Positions 46,217 to 59,535 of a stretch of 64,000 nt of DNA are shown here, piece by piece. Source of the DNA: Neodothiora populina (Eukaryota); the NCBI RefSeq assembly GCF_041146345.1, contig NW_027191404.1, positions 1,612,001-1,676,000 of the forward strand, given 5' to 3'. A program made the translations under genes and the position numbers. Position 1 is the stretch's first letter. Each line of letters opens with the position of its first letter. The notes beneath the pieces were generated by a model. That model made no database searches. It had not been told where the DNA came from and saw only the letters and a program-made list of their open reading frames with translations.

Positions 46217-47410
46217 ATGGATCTGTACTCGCAGAACCGCCTCCCTGGAGGTTATCCAGCTGATCCCCCTGCTTGGGAAAGATTCATCTTGGGACAGCAG
46301 GATAATTGCCAGGAGCCTTATCGTGGGTCGAGACGTTTCACTGTTGAAGGCATCCCATCCTTCGAGAGTTTCCAAGCACGCCATGACGGACCTCACGATA
46401 GAAGCGTGAGTGGATTCAGCTCTGGTAATTGTTCCACCAGATCGATGTCAAGCAGTCCAGAACCCTCGGTGTTCGACATGACCGACCTCAGAGATGATCT
46501 GCCCGGCAGCAAGCGCGGTTCTCAAGCGTCATCGATGACTGCTAATCGAGCAAGACACGGTTATGGCTCCTTTCGCGGCTCGCCACTCCTTGCCTCTCCA
46601 CGTAACAGTCCGCTCAACTCGCCTAAAAGAGCACGTCGTTTCAAGCGCGAGAGCTCTCGCCATCGTCATCAACCGCGTGGATCGACGTCGTCCTTTGAAG
46701 ATGGCGTTCGCCGCGACAAGGCTCGATTCTTCGCCCAACAGCAGCAGGACCAGTACCGTAACCATCGCACCGGAAAACAGAGCAGGTACTCTGCCATGCC
46801 CAGACGTGAGCAATTCCTCAACGTTCCACAGCAGCCGTACCACCAGAAGCGCCCATCGAGCCTGCATCCTCGCTCATCCATGAGTCTGTATCATGAGTGG
46901 CGTCAGGCCTGCGACGAGCAGCTACGTGAGAAGTCCACCATGGATTTCATTCCTGCGCCTCCTATTGCTGCTTGTGGCAGATGCCAGCACCTGATGCTTT
47001 TTGACAGGACTGAGCATCCACCTACCTGCATCCACAGCCTGGAGACTCTTTTCCGCGGTGCCACATTGGACGCCCGCGTCGATCCTACCACTGCTCCAAC
47101 CACTGCTGCCACCCCCGTCATTTTCGCCGACGACAAGATGACGTACTTGAGGATCCTGAAGGACGAACGTAACAGATGGCACACTGACCGCTTTGGTGCG
47201 TGCAAAGCCGAGGCCAAGCCAGCTATTGAGTACAAGGCCAAACACCTGTTCGTCCTTACCAACGAGCTCTTCGAGCGTGAGAAGAAGAGACTTGACGACA
47301 AGGCGGAGATGCAAGCTGCTGGAGCGTGCACTCACTACCCGACCGACACTCCAGCTGCCCAGCCCAACGATGACTTCTTCTCAGGTGGCGCGGAGCCAAC
47401 AGCATGGTAG
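46217..47410 (+). CDS. Hypothetical 397-aa protein: disordered Ser/Arg-rich N-terminus, Cys/His segment and J-domain-like C-terminal helices
   Basis: Intronless ORF with TATAAA at ~46080. C-terminal CGRC...CIH...LRILKDERNRWHTDRF...AKHLFVLTNELFE. Confidence 0.7.
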   Translation: MDLYSQNRLPGGYPADPPAWERFILGQQDNCQEPYRGSRRFTVEGIPSFESFQARHDGPHDRSVSGFSSGNCSTRSMSSSPEPSVFDMTDLRDDLPGSKRGSQASSMTANRARHGYGSFRGSPLLASPRNSPLNSPKRARRFKRESSRHRHQPRGSTSSFEDGVRRDKARFFAQQQQDQYRNHRTGKQSRYSAMPRREQFLNVPQQPYHQKRPSSLHPRSSMSLYHEWRQACDEQLREKSTMDFIPAPPIAACGRCQHLMLFDRTEHPPTCIHSLETLFRGATLDARVDPTTAPTTAATPVIFADDKMTYLRILKDERNRWHTDRFGACKAEAKPAIEYKAKHLFVLTNELFEREKKRLDDKAEMQAAGACTHYPTDTPAAQPNDDFFSGGAEPTAW

Positions 47411-48490
47411 TTGGACACAAGGAGCAGGGCCCTTGTCATGGCGGGGAGGTCTGAGGATGGGACAGACAGTATATGGACACTGCCGCTGTGGCCCATTGGA
47501 TTTGTTCTCTATTTTCCCTACTTCATGGGATTCCGGAATTGATGCACTTAACGAGAGATGAACTGGGGGCGTTGCGGGTTCTTTCCAGGCTTCTACAGGA
47601 AGCCAACCCAAAAGCGGGAACAATTTTGATTTTCTTTTCTTGTTATTTGTTATTGCAAACACCTTTCCGAGCAAGCATGGGAAGCGACACCCACCCTTCT
47701 TTGAGATTAACATGCGACAAGCTGAAGCCCACGACAAAACAAATCGATAACCCAAAAAAACACAAGGTCCGACCTTTTTTACTTTTCTTTAGGACATGCA
47801 CTACTGCGATAGACCAAGATGGACCGTGCAAACACCAGGATAAAGCACAAAAACATACACACATACACACACAGACGACGATCATTAGTGAACCCAAACA
47901 GGATGACAGCAACTTCATTTCAAACTTTTCTTCACTTCTATCTCCACTGGCTAGAGGAGCAGCGAGACTTTGGTAATCGAGGGCGGATCAGAAACTGGGG
48001 CCGTAAATAAAGGCACTAGAAAACGTGTCGAAAAAAAGAAATGGAGGGGAAGGAAGCACGAAGGAGGAAGACAGTACTGAAGCCCAACTTGGAAGCTCGA
48101 GTCTATAGACAATCAAAGTGTCCCCCTATTGATTAGAGGTCAAGAGCGATGAAAAGAGTGGTGGCATAGATTTGAAGACTACAAAAATCACAAAAAAAAG
48201 TTAGAAATAAGTATGCAGAATGGCCTAGAGGAAGGATTCCCCTGCACTTCCGTTTATACGTTGCCTTTCCTTCCAGTGAATAGTATGACGACGATGACCT
48301 TGACTATACACAAAAGTGAGATGAGTCAGGCTAGAAGCAAAATACGAAGGCGACAGCACGAATGGACAACACGGACCGACCTTAGTTCTGGAAGTCGACA
48401 AAAACGCCGAGAAACCCGCTCCAGAAAGCAATAGATACCCTCTGCGCCTCCCTCGCCAGCCCCCTCCCCTCCAAGAAAGGCCGTACAGAC

Positions 48491-48523
48491 TAGGTAAGGT
48501 AAGGTAAGGTAGGTAAGGTAGGT
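48491..48523. repeat. (TAAGG/TAGG)n microsatellite
   Basis: TAGGTAAGGTAAGGTAAGGTAGGTAAGGTAGGT. Confidence 0.85.
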
Positions 48524-48678
48524 ACTCTACCTCATCCCCAACGTCATAATCCTCGAAAACAAGAAATCCCATAGCCCCAAGAACCGAAGGGCACAAGAAC
48601 CTACCTAGGTACCTTGAGGGTACAAGAAACAAACCTATCTACCTTAGATATTGCTCCTGCCCCCTTTTCTCCTGCGAC

Positions 48679-48760
48679 ACCAGACCGGACCGTGGAAAAC
48701 CAGACCGTGGAAACCCCAACCAAGGAAATCAGACCAAGGAAACCAGACCAAGGAAACCAC
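48679..48760. repeat. Degenerate 14-15 bp tandem array (about 5 units)
   Basis: GACCGTGGAAA x2 followed by ACCAAGGAAA(T/C)CA x3 at a 14-bp period. Confidence 0.75.
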
Positions 48761-49329
48761 TGATATCCAAAACCATCAAAGGCAAGTCAAATCAGGTGCT
48801 AAAAGCCCAACTAGCTGTGCTATAGCGGATTCACAGATGGCTGGTAATCAACTATGCATCCAATTTATTTCAAGGTTCAGAATATGCTCCTGGTCTTACC
48901 GTGTCGTGGAGTATTGATCATTGAGATTCGTTTGGCGTCTATTGAGCAATGAGATTCTTTTGGCTTCTGTTGGGATTTTTTTTCGAGAGAAATGGGGAAT
49001 AAATGGGGCGTGTATGGTTTGGTTCTTCCGTTTCTGTGTCGTTAGAGTGCTTGGTCGCGGAATCGAGGTGTGGGGGATCTGGCCACGATTTTCTTACTCT
49101 CCCTTGTGTTACTGATGAACATCTGGCGTAGCTGACTGTTTACTGCCGCTCTATACTGCCTCGAAGGGAGCAGAGGAGGACAGGATATACGGCAAGACAG
49201 ACATGCGTACATGGGAGGCAGAAGTCGATGGCAGCAGACAAGAGACAGATGAGAAAAGAGGCATATAGACATTTTTGGGGTTAAAGGCTATACCTAACAG
49301 AACATGGAAAAAGAAAAAGAAAAATTCGT

Positions 49330-52300
49330 CTACACCATCAACCTAATGCCACTGCCAGGGGCACCGATGGCGCACACTTGGCACACCTTGCACACGATTC
49401 CCTTGTACTGCGTGTGGTATTTCGTTCCGTCAAAGGGACAGGCCACGCTCTGCTCGCCGGCGTAGATGGGAGTGTATGACGCGGCGCAAATGTCGAACTC
49501 AGCGAAAGAGTCAAACTCGACTTCGGTGGCGTCGCCGGGTTGGCGCTCGCAGATTGCCTTGATCTTCTTGGCCTATAGGAAATCGAGTGTCAGTGATTTG
49601 TGGGGTTGTGATAACCAGGAGGAAAAACTTACGCTCTCCTTGAATCGGGCATTTGTCCCCTTCTCAATCAGAGTGTTGGCAAAGCCGAGGGCGCTGCTGA
49701 GTTGTCTGTTCTTGTTCGCAAAGTTCATCGCAGAGAACAGAGCGAGGGTCTGATGTTGAGGCTCAATGGCAGGCACGGTAAAGTATGCCGACAGCTCGAG
49801 CGCTCGCTTCTTGTCGTCGTCGGAGAAAGCAGCAAGATCCGTGTTGGATCCGACAAGTGATCTCCGTGAAAGCTCAATCGACATGGCGAGTACGTATTGT
49901 CCGGCTGTGTGAATGAGTTGCTTGGCCTGCGAGTTTTGTGGTCAGTAAGGAGTGAAGCATAGAACGAGACAGGACGAACACACCTCCTCAAGTTGCGATT
50001 GCGACGTCACGGCGTTGACGAGCATCAAGTGCAGAATCTTCCTGAAAGTCTGTAAACCTTCCTCCAATTTGTTCTTCTGCATGTGCTGCTTGCCGAGCAC
50101 CAAATCGGAGCTTGTGATGGACTCCAGGTCTCTCGGGATGAGTGGCAACAACTTCCGTGACTCCGTCTCCTTCAGAGTGCGGCGCACGTGGTTGACCAGC
50201 GGCGGCAGGCCAGGGTTTGCGGGAAGGAAAGTTCGTGACGCAGAGTAAATCTCCTCGAATCTCGCCTCGAGAGGCTTGAAGTTAACGGCACCGACTTGTC
50301 TGTTCAACAGGTTCATCGCGGACTCATAAGATCCAGCAGCGACATGGTCGGCAGCGACCGGTGAGTTGCGCATCCACGCATCTGCCTCGCTGCTGCCGGC
50401 ACCGGTGTCAGCGCTCTCGACATTGACAAAGTCTTCCTCGACTTCGGGAATGCTCTCGTCGCCCATGTCCCAGCCTTCGGCATCCTCGTCGTCCTCTCCC
50501 TCTTCGACAGCAGCACTGCCTCCAGCGCCGGTCTCGGCCTCGTAAAAGTCGTCGTCAGTGTTAGCGTTCGTCGCCGTGGGGAGCTCCTCTTCGCCGCCTT
50601 CTGCGAGCAGTGCCTTCTCGAACGAGGAAGCACCCGAGGACTTGACCGGCCAGTTGGACCGATACGTCGGGGCAACAGCGGCAGGTCTGGAGATGGGAGC
50701 GCCCGTGGTCGGTAGGCTGATCTCGTCTTCGGTCAGACCGACAGCCTCGAGAATGCTGCGACACTCTTCCTCCATGCCGTTCGCCTTGGCGGTGAGGTAG
50801 GCCAAGGGGTACTGGTCAATCTCCTTGAACATGTCGATGCGAGTCTGGACATGCCCGAGGTAGAGCGAGTTCTGGAAGCGAGAGGTCATGTCTCCACGGT
50901 GCTCTGCAATCTTGGCCATACGCTGGAGCTTGGCGTCATCGCCGGTGGTGAGATAGAGGAAGGAGAGCTTGTCGAAGTTGCGAAGCTTCTGGTAGGTCAT
51001 CTCGACGACCTGGTGGTTGCCGTGGGCCAGGGCCTCGGTGCTGAGTCTCTGCCACAGCTTGGGTCGGTCGAGCTGCTTGGCCATGTCGACGGCGACATCG
51101 AGGTTGCCGCACTCGATGGCGAGCTCGAAGCGGGTCTGGGGATCCTGCACGAACTGCAGGGCGATCTCGGGGTAGCCCTTCTTTTGGAGGTAGGAGATGA
51201 TGCTCTGGCCGACCAGGCTGGACGTCTTGATGATGTTGAGCATCTCGTCGTAGTGTCGCTTGACGAGAGCCATCTTGAAGCGGTACTCGGTCGGGTCGAT
51301 GGTGATGACCTTGGGCTTGGCGGCACGGTCGAGGCAGTAGACGCTGGTTCCCTTGACTCTGACGAGGTAGACGGTCTGGTCGAGAGTGCGCACGATGCCG
51401 TTGTCGCCGTTCATGAGCGTGTACTTGATGTGGTTGAGGGTCGAGTAGAGGAGGACTCCGGTGTCGTCCCAAACGGCGCTCTTGATGCGAATGGTCTCGT
51501 GGAGGGTGCTCACCTGCTCGAGGGACTTTGTCACGACGGTGACGTTGTGCTTGCTGAGCAGGGCGGCGTGGAGGCCATCGGTGGACCAGACGACATACTT
51601 GACGCCGGTGACGGCGAGCTCGGCGAGCTGCTTCTTCTGCTGGATGTCGTAGAGGACGACCGAGGTGGCGGTGATGAGGAGCAGACAGCCGGTGCCGCCG
51701 AAGTAGACGTCGACGGTGCCGTGGGGCGGCTTGATGGTCTTTGTGGTCGAGTTGGAGAGATCCTTGATGTCGATCTGCTGGCTGGCCTGGTTGAAGACGG
51801 CGAAGCGGTTGCGCGCCACAAAGACGGCCGAGGTGCCTGGACCGCGCAGGGTGTTGGTGGGCTCGACAGCACCAGAGGCGTCGCGTGGAAGGCTGACGAG
51901 CTCGTAGCAGCCGCCGTCGGCGGGCGAAGTGACGAGGATGGCTCGCTCGGCGGGGTTGTAGGACATGGAGCGCAGAGGAAGCCAGGGGGGACCGAGCTTC
52001 TTGAGAGACAGCATCGAGGGAGTCTCGGTGTTCTTTGTGAGGTCGTAGGCGCGCACGTGCTTGTCCTTGGTCATGTAGAACAGGTTGTTCTGGTAGACGG
52101 CCGAGGCGGGTCTCTCGCGCTCGAACTTGAAGACCATGACTCCGTTGTCGTGACCGGCGGCGAAGAGGTTGATCTCGGGGTGGGCGGCAATGACCCAGAA
52201 GCGGTCGTTCTCGCGCTTGAAGGACTGCACAGAGGTGCGCTTGTTGAGATCCCACATCCTCAGCGTCTTGTCCTCGCCGACGGAGAGGATCAGGTCCTGG

Positions 52301-53338
52301 TGGGGGTGGAACAGACAGCCCGAGGCGTTCTGGAAGTGGCCGCGGCAGGTGTCGACCTCCCAGGCCTTGGTCTCGCTCATCCTCCACAACTTGATCAAGC
52401 GGTCGTCACCGGCCGAGACGATCAGAGGAAGGGTCGGGTGGAAGGAGACCCAGTTGACCCCGCGGTCGTGGCCCTCGAGGACGAATTTGACGACGGCGTC
52501 GGTGTTGCCGAACATGTCGGCCTGGTTGGCATTGGCGCGGGCCATCTGGTCCTCGAAGGTCATCGAGGTGGGCGCCGAGTGCTTCTTGCGCAGACCTGAA
52601 ATGTCCCAGACTCTTACTGACTGATCGAGGGATGCGGACACGACGAGGTCCTCCTTGGGGTGGAACTGGGCGCACATGGCGTAGTGGTTGTGGCCGGTCA
52701 TGGTGCAGACTGGAAGAGGAGCAGAGAGTCAGCAGAGCAGGCAACAATGGGAGATGGGAAACGATGTACTCAGCGATCTGTTCTGCCAATTCCATATCCT
52801 GATGGTCTGGTCGTCCGAGGCGGAGATGATCCAGGGCAGCTCATGGTGGAAGAAGACGGTGCGCACATAGTCGAGATGGCCATTGAGGGTGAAGAGACAC
52901 CTCCTGGTCTGCAATGACCAGACCTTGATCTTGTAGTCGTCGCCTCCGGATACGAACAATGGCTGTGTCTTGTGGAAGTCGACGCCGCGGACGGGGCCGT
53001 CGTGCTCTTCGAAGCGGTCGATCAGGGTTCCCATGCGGTAGTCCCACAGCTGGATAGTGGATGAGTGCAGCGACACGAGGATCCATGGTCTGGACTTGAC
53101 GGTCAATTTGACTGTGACAATGGCAGGGTTGGGGTGATGCGAACCGCTTGGGGTGGAAGGCCAGGCCTTTGGCTCGCGAGGACTTGGACTCGAACTGTCA
53201 TGACAGATGATCAGCCATCTGATCTTTCAGCAGCACGTGATAGTGCAGCTCGCTCTAGTGCATTGGTATAGAGACAGAGGAGGGAAAAGGTTGGCTGGAG
53301 GATACCTTTGTGAGCATTGTGGGATAGGAGGTGGTCAT
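49330..53338 (-). CDS. COP1: Coatomer subunit alpha (alpha-COP); exons 53306..53338, 53145..53194, 52770..53089, 49984..52709, 49633..49926, 49330..49572
   Basis: [48 protein letters not shown]40 repeats, [13 protein letters not shown]-terminal [12 protein letters not shown]...CPFD...CKVCQV. Five canonical introns. Start could be 53338 or 53317. Confidence 0.97.
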
Positions 53339-54189
53339 GTTGTTGGTCTGTTACGAAGCCGTAGCTTCACGCATCAAGGGTGTTGTGCGCAGTGGATCAG
53401 ACGCGCAGGTCTGATTTCTTTTTGTTGTTTGACGAGAGACAGACAAGTGATTTCTTGATGGGAGAATGGAGAAAGGGGTGGATGAATGTCGATGTGTTGT
53501 GCAGTAACAAGTACAGACAGCAGTTAGAGAGATGCAGCTGTCGCGCTCCTTCCCCCAATAAACTGCCTTAAAGGTAACAAGTGGAAGTCTACGTCTACGT
53601 CTTGGTCTTAGTCCTGGCCCTGACTCGTGGCTTTTGTCTCTCGGTGCATTTCTGCCCCTTGACTTGACTCGTTTGGGGTTTTCGGCCTGGACCGTTTATT
53701 CGCAATGCCAAGTTGACGGACGGCCGCTTGTCTCGATTAACCCAAGGGTCTTACTTTTATAACTAAAGCTGGTTCATCAGATCTCGATCACAGATATACA
53801 GTGTGTTTCGATACTATACATCTAGAACAAGATGAACATCATTCGGATTATGTCATTCACTCCTCTGTCAGTCATTAGACAGCAGTAGCAATGCATACTT
53901 TGATATGTGGATTCTCACAGCGATAGTATCATCAAGTGTAATCTATCGCTGCCTCTCTGCTTTCCAAACGCTGATCTATCTGTGTCTGATATCTGCCTTT
54001 CGACCATCGTCTCTGACCTTCTGCGTCATACTGTACCATTTCACAATCACCAATCAACTCTTCCTTTACTGTGCCCCACCCGTTCTACCTACCCCATTTA
54101 CATAGACACTTAGTCGCAATCCTGCTCGGCGATTGCTCTCAAATGGTTTCTTATTTATTACCGTGAGACTTGCACTCGACCATCAGGTT

Positions 54190-55248
54190 ATGGCACAAGT
54201 CGCCACATGGACCGGACTTTGCCCAGCATCACCAACCTCGACCACTTCATTCGGTCTGGAGTCAGTGAAGTCGTCGACCAATTCATTTTCAAATCCTTTA
54301 TCCTCGGCGCACAATGCACCCTCGAATAATGTGGCTACAGTCCCCGATAACAACAATGACGACACCTTCCACGTCGAGGAACTCCCGGACGGATATTCCT
54401 ACCCCGACCCTGCCAATCTAGAGATCCTCCGTCCAGACGAGACAGAAGAGTATCCGAGCGACGACTCCGACTCTGACAACGACTATGGCTACAACGAAGA
54501 CGACGACGACATTGACGGCAGCGACACCGAGACGGAAGACTCGAGGTCGCGCACTAACAACTACTCGTACGACTCGACGACGGATGCAGATGGCTCACAG
54601 CTGGACTACTCCTCGTCTTCGGACACGGCGACCTCGACCACTTCTCTCTCTCGTCGCTTGCGTCATCTCCGGCCCTTGAACCACCCTCCCAGCGCCGACC
54701 TGCACAAGTCCAACAACAGCAGCAGCAATAACGCCATCCTTCGCGAGCGCCGTCTCTACCGACTTCCGCGCGCCCACAACCAAGCCGCAGGACAGAAGAG
54801 AAACCTCAGCCATGTCCTGAGCTCCAGCGCAAGCGCAAGCGCCAGCACGAGCACAAGCACGACATCCGACACAGACAGTGCGGGCAGCACACCGCTCACC
54901 TTCGGGCCAGTCGGGCAACAAGCAGGAAGAACAAGAGGAAGCGCTGCTCCGAGCCAGGACTCGCTGCCGCCCGCCAGGAAGATTCGGCGAAGACTACACG
55001 CGCCGAGGGACACCGATCGGTCTAACGTCAGTCTCCAAGCTGCGACTGCTGGAACAGAGCCGGAAGAGACAATGTCCGACGTCGACGCCGCCGCGGCTAC
55101 AGACGAACGAGACGAAGACGAAGAGCAACAAGTCGCCAAGACGCATTTCTCCTCCTCCTCCTCCTCCTCCTTGTCAGTCAATGGGAACTTGAGCCCAGAC
55201 TCGGAAGCTATGGATGTAGATTCGAATCCTCCCACGACAAACACCTAG
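54190..55248 (+). CDS. Hypothetical low-complexity (Ser/Asp/Thr-rich) protein
   Basis: Open frame of ~352 aa from ATG 54190 with acidic tracts, basic patches (GQKR, PARKIRRR) and a terminal EAMDVD. No family recognised. Confidence 0.6.
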   Translation: MAQVATWTGLCPASPTSTTSFGLESVKSSTNSFSNPLSSAHNAPSNNVATVPDNNNDDTFHVEELPDGYSYPDPANLEILRPDETEEYPSDDSDSDNDYGYNEDDDDIDGSDTETEDSRSRTNNYSYDSTTDADGSQLDYSSSSDTATSTTSLSRRLRHLRPLNHPPSADLHKSNNSSSNNAILRERRLYRLPRAHNQAAGQKRNLSHVLSSSASASASTSTSTTSDTDSAGSTPLTFGPVGQQAGRTRGSAAPSQDSLPPARKIRRRLHAPRDTDRSNVSLQAATAGTEPEETMSDVDAAAATDERDEDEEQQVAKTHFSSSSSSSLSVNGNLSPDSEAMDVDSNPPTTNT

Positions 55249-55620
55249 GTCGAACAGTGTACGAGAGATCCACACCACGGCCTGCTACTTTGCTTTCTTC
55301 CATCAATTGATGGAGCATGTCCTCCAGCGCATCGGCGACACAGAAGCACTCGCACCTGGCCATTCACACCAGTCTTGCCCTTGCCCATTTCCTTCCATAA
55401 CCTCCAAAGAGATGATTTCTTTCCAGTATTTCAAGCGTGATACCCAACCTTTCCATATTGTCTTCTTGATGTTTCACTCATCTCTACACCACCGCGCCAA
55501 GATCCACACCATCTTTTTGTCTGCTTTCTGCTGGGACTTTTGTTCTGATGTCTATATTCGCGCACTGTTTGCTGTTTCTGTTTCTTTTTTTGATGTTTAC
55601 TTTCTTCTGGGAGATGGAGC

Positions 55621-55657
55621 AAGAGAGAGAGAGAGAGGGAGAGAGAGAGAAAGAGAG
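55621..55657. repeat. (GA)n microsatellite
   Basis: AAGAGAGAGAGAGAGAGGGAGAGAGAGAGAAAGAGAG. Confidence 0.85.
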
Positions 55658-56706
55658 CGTGGACACGACACATAGGACAGAAAGACATGAAAACACATAC
55701 CCCAATCAAACCGACTAGCCCAGCCCCTCAAATCAAGAAACGTGCAAAAGGAGATTTTAAAAGGTATTACAAGGAAAGGTCCAGTCACCCACTCAGTCAC
55801 TTCGTTACCTAGTCAGGCTAACAATGACTTCAAAACATCATACTCAATTGAGTATTTACCAAAGGACAGCAGTGCACCAAACCCCTTGGAAGAGAGAGAG
55901 AGAAGATTCAATACCATGACTGTTCTGTGGTAGGTATCACTGTAATATAGAATAGCTTAAAACGCACGCATGCATCATCTTGTACACAAAAAAGAAGTTG
56001 GGAAGAAATCGTCAAGTGGCATTTCGAGCGGCAGCAGTAGCCGTAGTAGTCGAGGTTGGAAATTCGAGTATGGAGGATATAACAAAAAAAAAGAGCAAGG
56101 GCACGAGAGAGCCCGCAACGGTTACTATCTTCGTGCGTCCGTATGCTGTGTCTTTCCCTAACCGACCGATAATCGTCCTCCCTGCAAGCAAGCAAGCTAA
56201 ACAAAAGACCAGAGAGGAAAAAACCTTCGCTGTGATACAAAAACAAGACGAGAGGGGGGGATAATATCATACGACGAAAAGGAAAAAGACTGGAAATGTC
56301 AAGTCAAGCGACCGCCTTGAAGAGGGACAATGTTCAAGATGGAGAAGAAAAAACAGGTATAGTGAAGATTTGGAATCGTAAAATGGCATCAAAGAGGCGG
56401 TGGAAAGAACGCTAAGTAATAAACAAAAGAGAGAAATGGAAAAAAAGAGATTAAAACATATTGCAAATCCGATAAAATTAGAAACAAAAACCGACAAATC
56501 AAAAAAAAACCCCCCATAAAAAGAACGCAAAAAGGTATTTCATCAATTCATCGTCAAATCGTGCATCGTTCGCTCTCCGTGGTAATTCGGTATTCGTCCT
56601 TCGTCATCTCATATGTTGATGTTTAGGTATTGTAATAGTGAGCTTGAGTTGAGCTCCGGTAAACCCCTTTGTCAAGGGAAAGAGTTCTTAAAGTCAGAAA
56701 AAAGCC

Positions 56707-59083
56707 TCAACCTCTGTGCTCAACTGCCCGATTCTCGCTCGTGGCTACCGCTACCAAAGCTTCGAGTCTCCCCATATCGTTGTTAGACCGCGGGGTGGCT
56801 TCGTGATACTCGTGTTGCGTCTGAGCGTCATGTCCACTATGCATAACGTATGTGGTGGGCATCTGACCAGCTGGGTGGGGATATGCGTGGAAGCCGGAAT
56901 CTGCACGGATGGGCTCAGGTTTGTACTGGTAGTGGCCCTGCATCATACGATGTTGCTCCTCAGCCGTCATCGAGTTGGGCGCGGAACTACGAGGCTGCAT
57001 TTCTATCATTCCGTTGGCGTGGCGGATCGCTGGGTGCATTTCTCTGCCCTGCGAGGTCGACGGTGTAGGCACCCCATCACTGCTGATCGACTCGGGCGAA
57101 GTTCTGTGGCCGATCGGGATCGGCTGGCTACCCTGCTGAAGCCCTGGACCAGACGCTCCATACCATGCGTGTCTCTTGTGCATAGAATCTCTTCGGATCG
57201 GTTGCGCTTCGTACGAGGGTTGTCTGATCTCCGCCGGTGCTTGCAGAGCTGGTGGCGCAGCCTGCTGGTAGGTTTGCTGCGGGTAGCCGAGATGAGGTGC
57301 AGTCGTCGGCCTGATGTACGACAAAGATTTCGAGTGTTGGTGCCAGCTTCCTCGAGGTGGCGCACTCGGGCCGATCTCGAGTCTGTTGAGGTTCTGCTGC
57401 AATCCAGCCTCCCACGCAGATGGTCGACGCTCCTCTTGCCCCACGCTTTCTCCAACACTGGCGTAAGAGAGTGAGCGGCTATGACTGACGCCCTGCGGTG
57501 GGCTTGTGGCACTGTTCTTGGGAGCTGCTCCTGGAGGAGGAGGAGCATGGTCGAAGCTCTCGATACCCGGAAGTCTTGTGACCTGGCTGGCGGCCGGCTG
57601 AGATGACATGGCGGGAGCCGCGTCGTCGGGCGTCTGATGATAAGACAGCCCACTCGTGGCCGGTCGAGGCGCGTAATTCGGGTTCGTCCCTGGGTGCCAG
57701 GTCCTCCTTCGCCATTCCAACTCGGCATCAGACTCCCGACGACCGTGAGAAAACACACTACTCGTCGGGCTGGCTACCACATTTGCGTGAGAGAAGCCTG
57801 GTACGCTGGACGAAGCAGGGAGTTGACCATAATATGGGGGCGGATATGTCGCCCCATGGCTCGATTGCTGATACATACTCGAACCGGAAGGGACTGAGAG
57901 GCGGCGCGACGGAGTACGGGTACCGTTGTAAAAGGACGACCGAGACAAAGTCGAGGGTGGGGAGGGCATGCCAGACGAGAACTGCGGGCTGCTAGCTCCG
58001 GCAGAGAAGGTTGTAGAAGTAGGAGTGCTGTAGCCGCTGGGCGGTTGTTGGTAAACAGCGTACTGTGTCGAAGTGGCAGCGGGACCCATAGCAGGGTTGA
58101 AGGTCTCCATGCTGAGTCGGCCGTGAGTGCCCTCTTGCGAGATGGCCAACGGTGCCGGTCTCGGTCTCGTGTCTTCCATCAGACCCACGCTCGAAGTGGT
58201 GGAGCCTATGCTAGAGGCTGAGAGATTCCTGCTGTGACCGCGGCTATGCGTTCCATGACTGTGCCCCCCATGACTGCTTGCTGTTGACGCTCGCGGACGA
58301 GTATTCGGGGGGCGCACGCGGTCGGTTCTGATTTGGCGCTGAAACCTCGTACCCGTCGCGGCTAGCGAATCTCCAGGGATGTCTTCGTTGACATGTACGG
58401 TCTGAGCATGTTGTCTGTATTGGACACGTAATTAGTTTTGCACTTATGTACGCAATATGAGTGAAAAGCGTGGCGACCAACCGTAGGTTATCAAGTCTCG
58501 AGAAGCGTCGAGAGCAATGACATTGAAAGGGACGCTCGCCAGTGTGTTTCCGTATGTGGCGGGCAAGGTGCTCGCTGCGCGTGAAACTCAGCTGGCAAGG
58601 CGGGTAGTCGGTGCAGAAGAACCTCTGGCCCTTCTTCTTTTTCTTATGCGGCGGGTTCTGAGAGTCGCTGTTGACGCTCTCGTTGTCCGACCGGTCGTGT
58701 CCATCCTGGCCTTCATCGTCGTCTGCCATGTCGACGTCCTGCGAGTCGTTCGACTGCCCCGAGCGCACGGAATGTTTCGAGTCTTCCCGACTCAATTCCC
58801 GGATCGCCGCAGTAGATGTCTCGGACATCTTGGAGGGGGAGAACGGGTCGAGTGGTAAGGGTCGTTGACCCTGTATCGAGGATGATGAGAAGTCCTTCTT
58901 GGTCGGGGTGTTTGATGTTGACTGTGCCGACAACACAGCAGATGATTCCTTTAGGGGACGGTCAAGAAAACGAGCGGTCTGTCTCGGTGTCGTTGGCGTA
59001 TTGTCCCCAGCGACGCTCATACTTCCGCTCCGTTTCCTGCCAGCAACGGAAGGTGTCGGCTTGTCGGAGTCCTTGTCCGACAT
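56707..59083 (-). CDS. nsdC: C2H2 zinc-finger transcription factor NsdC (Usv1/Rgm1-related); exons 58482..59083, 56707..58414
   Basis: [82 protein letters not shown], plus [22 protein letters not shown] and LEALVAVAT. Intron 58415..58481. Confidence 0.88.
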
Positions 59084-59535
59084 GGCTGCGTGTGCACGCA
59101 GAGGGAGGGAAGAGAGGCAATAATCAAAAAATGATGAGAGTGATTACCCAGGACGAGGATATCCGCCGAGGGGTCGCTGATGTAGTACTTGGATCCTCCC
59201 CGAAAGACTCACAGACGACGGAGGGGCTGGTCGCTTCGCGGCAAGTAAGCGGTGACGGTTAGCGGGGGTGCGACTCTATCAGAGCGAGTGGCCGCGTCCC
59301 AGAAAAGACATGGGAAAAATGTAGAGTAGAGGGTCCGGTCGCAACAAACATCAGATTTTCAATAAGACATGTGCAAGGGAAGTAAAAGAGATATTAATGT
59401 AGATGATGTTGTGAATCTAGCAGTAGTAGAGATCATCGAGAGGCGTGAGAGAAAGAGGAAAGACATAAGACATGGGGCCCTCGTCTCCAAGGCTAGCAAC
59501 TGTACAGTAAGGAGAGGCAACGATGGGCAAGGCGG

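Noticed and set aside
50851..52599. 582-aa antisense ORF and 483-aa alternative-frame ORF over COP1
   Set aside because: Explained by strong C/G third-position bias in a conserved gene. The translations have no recognisable motifs.
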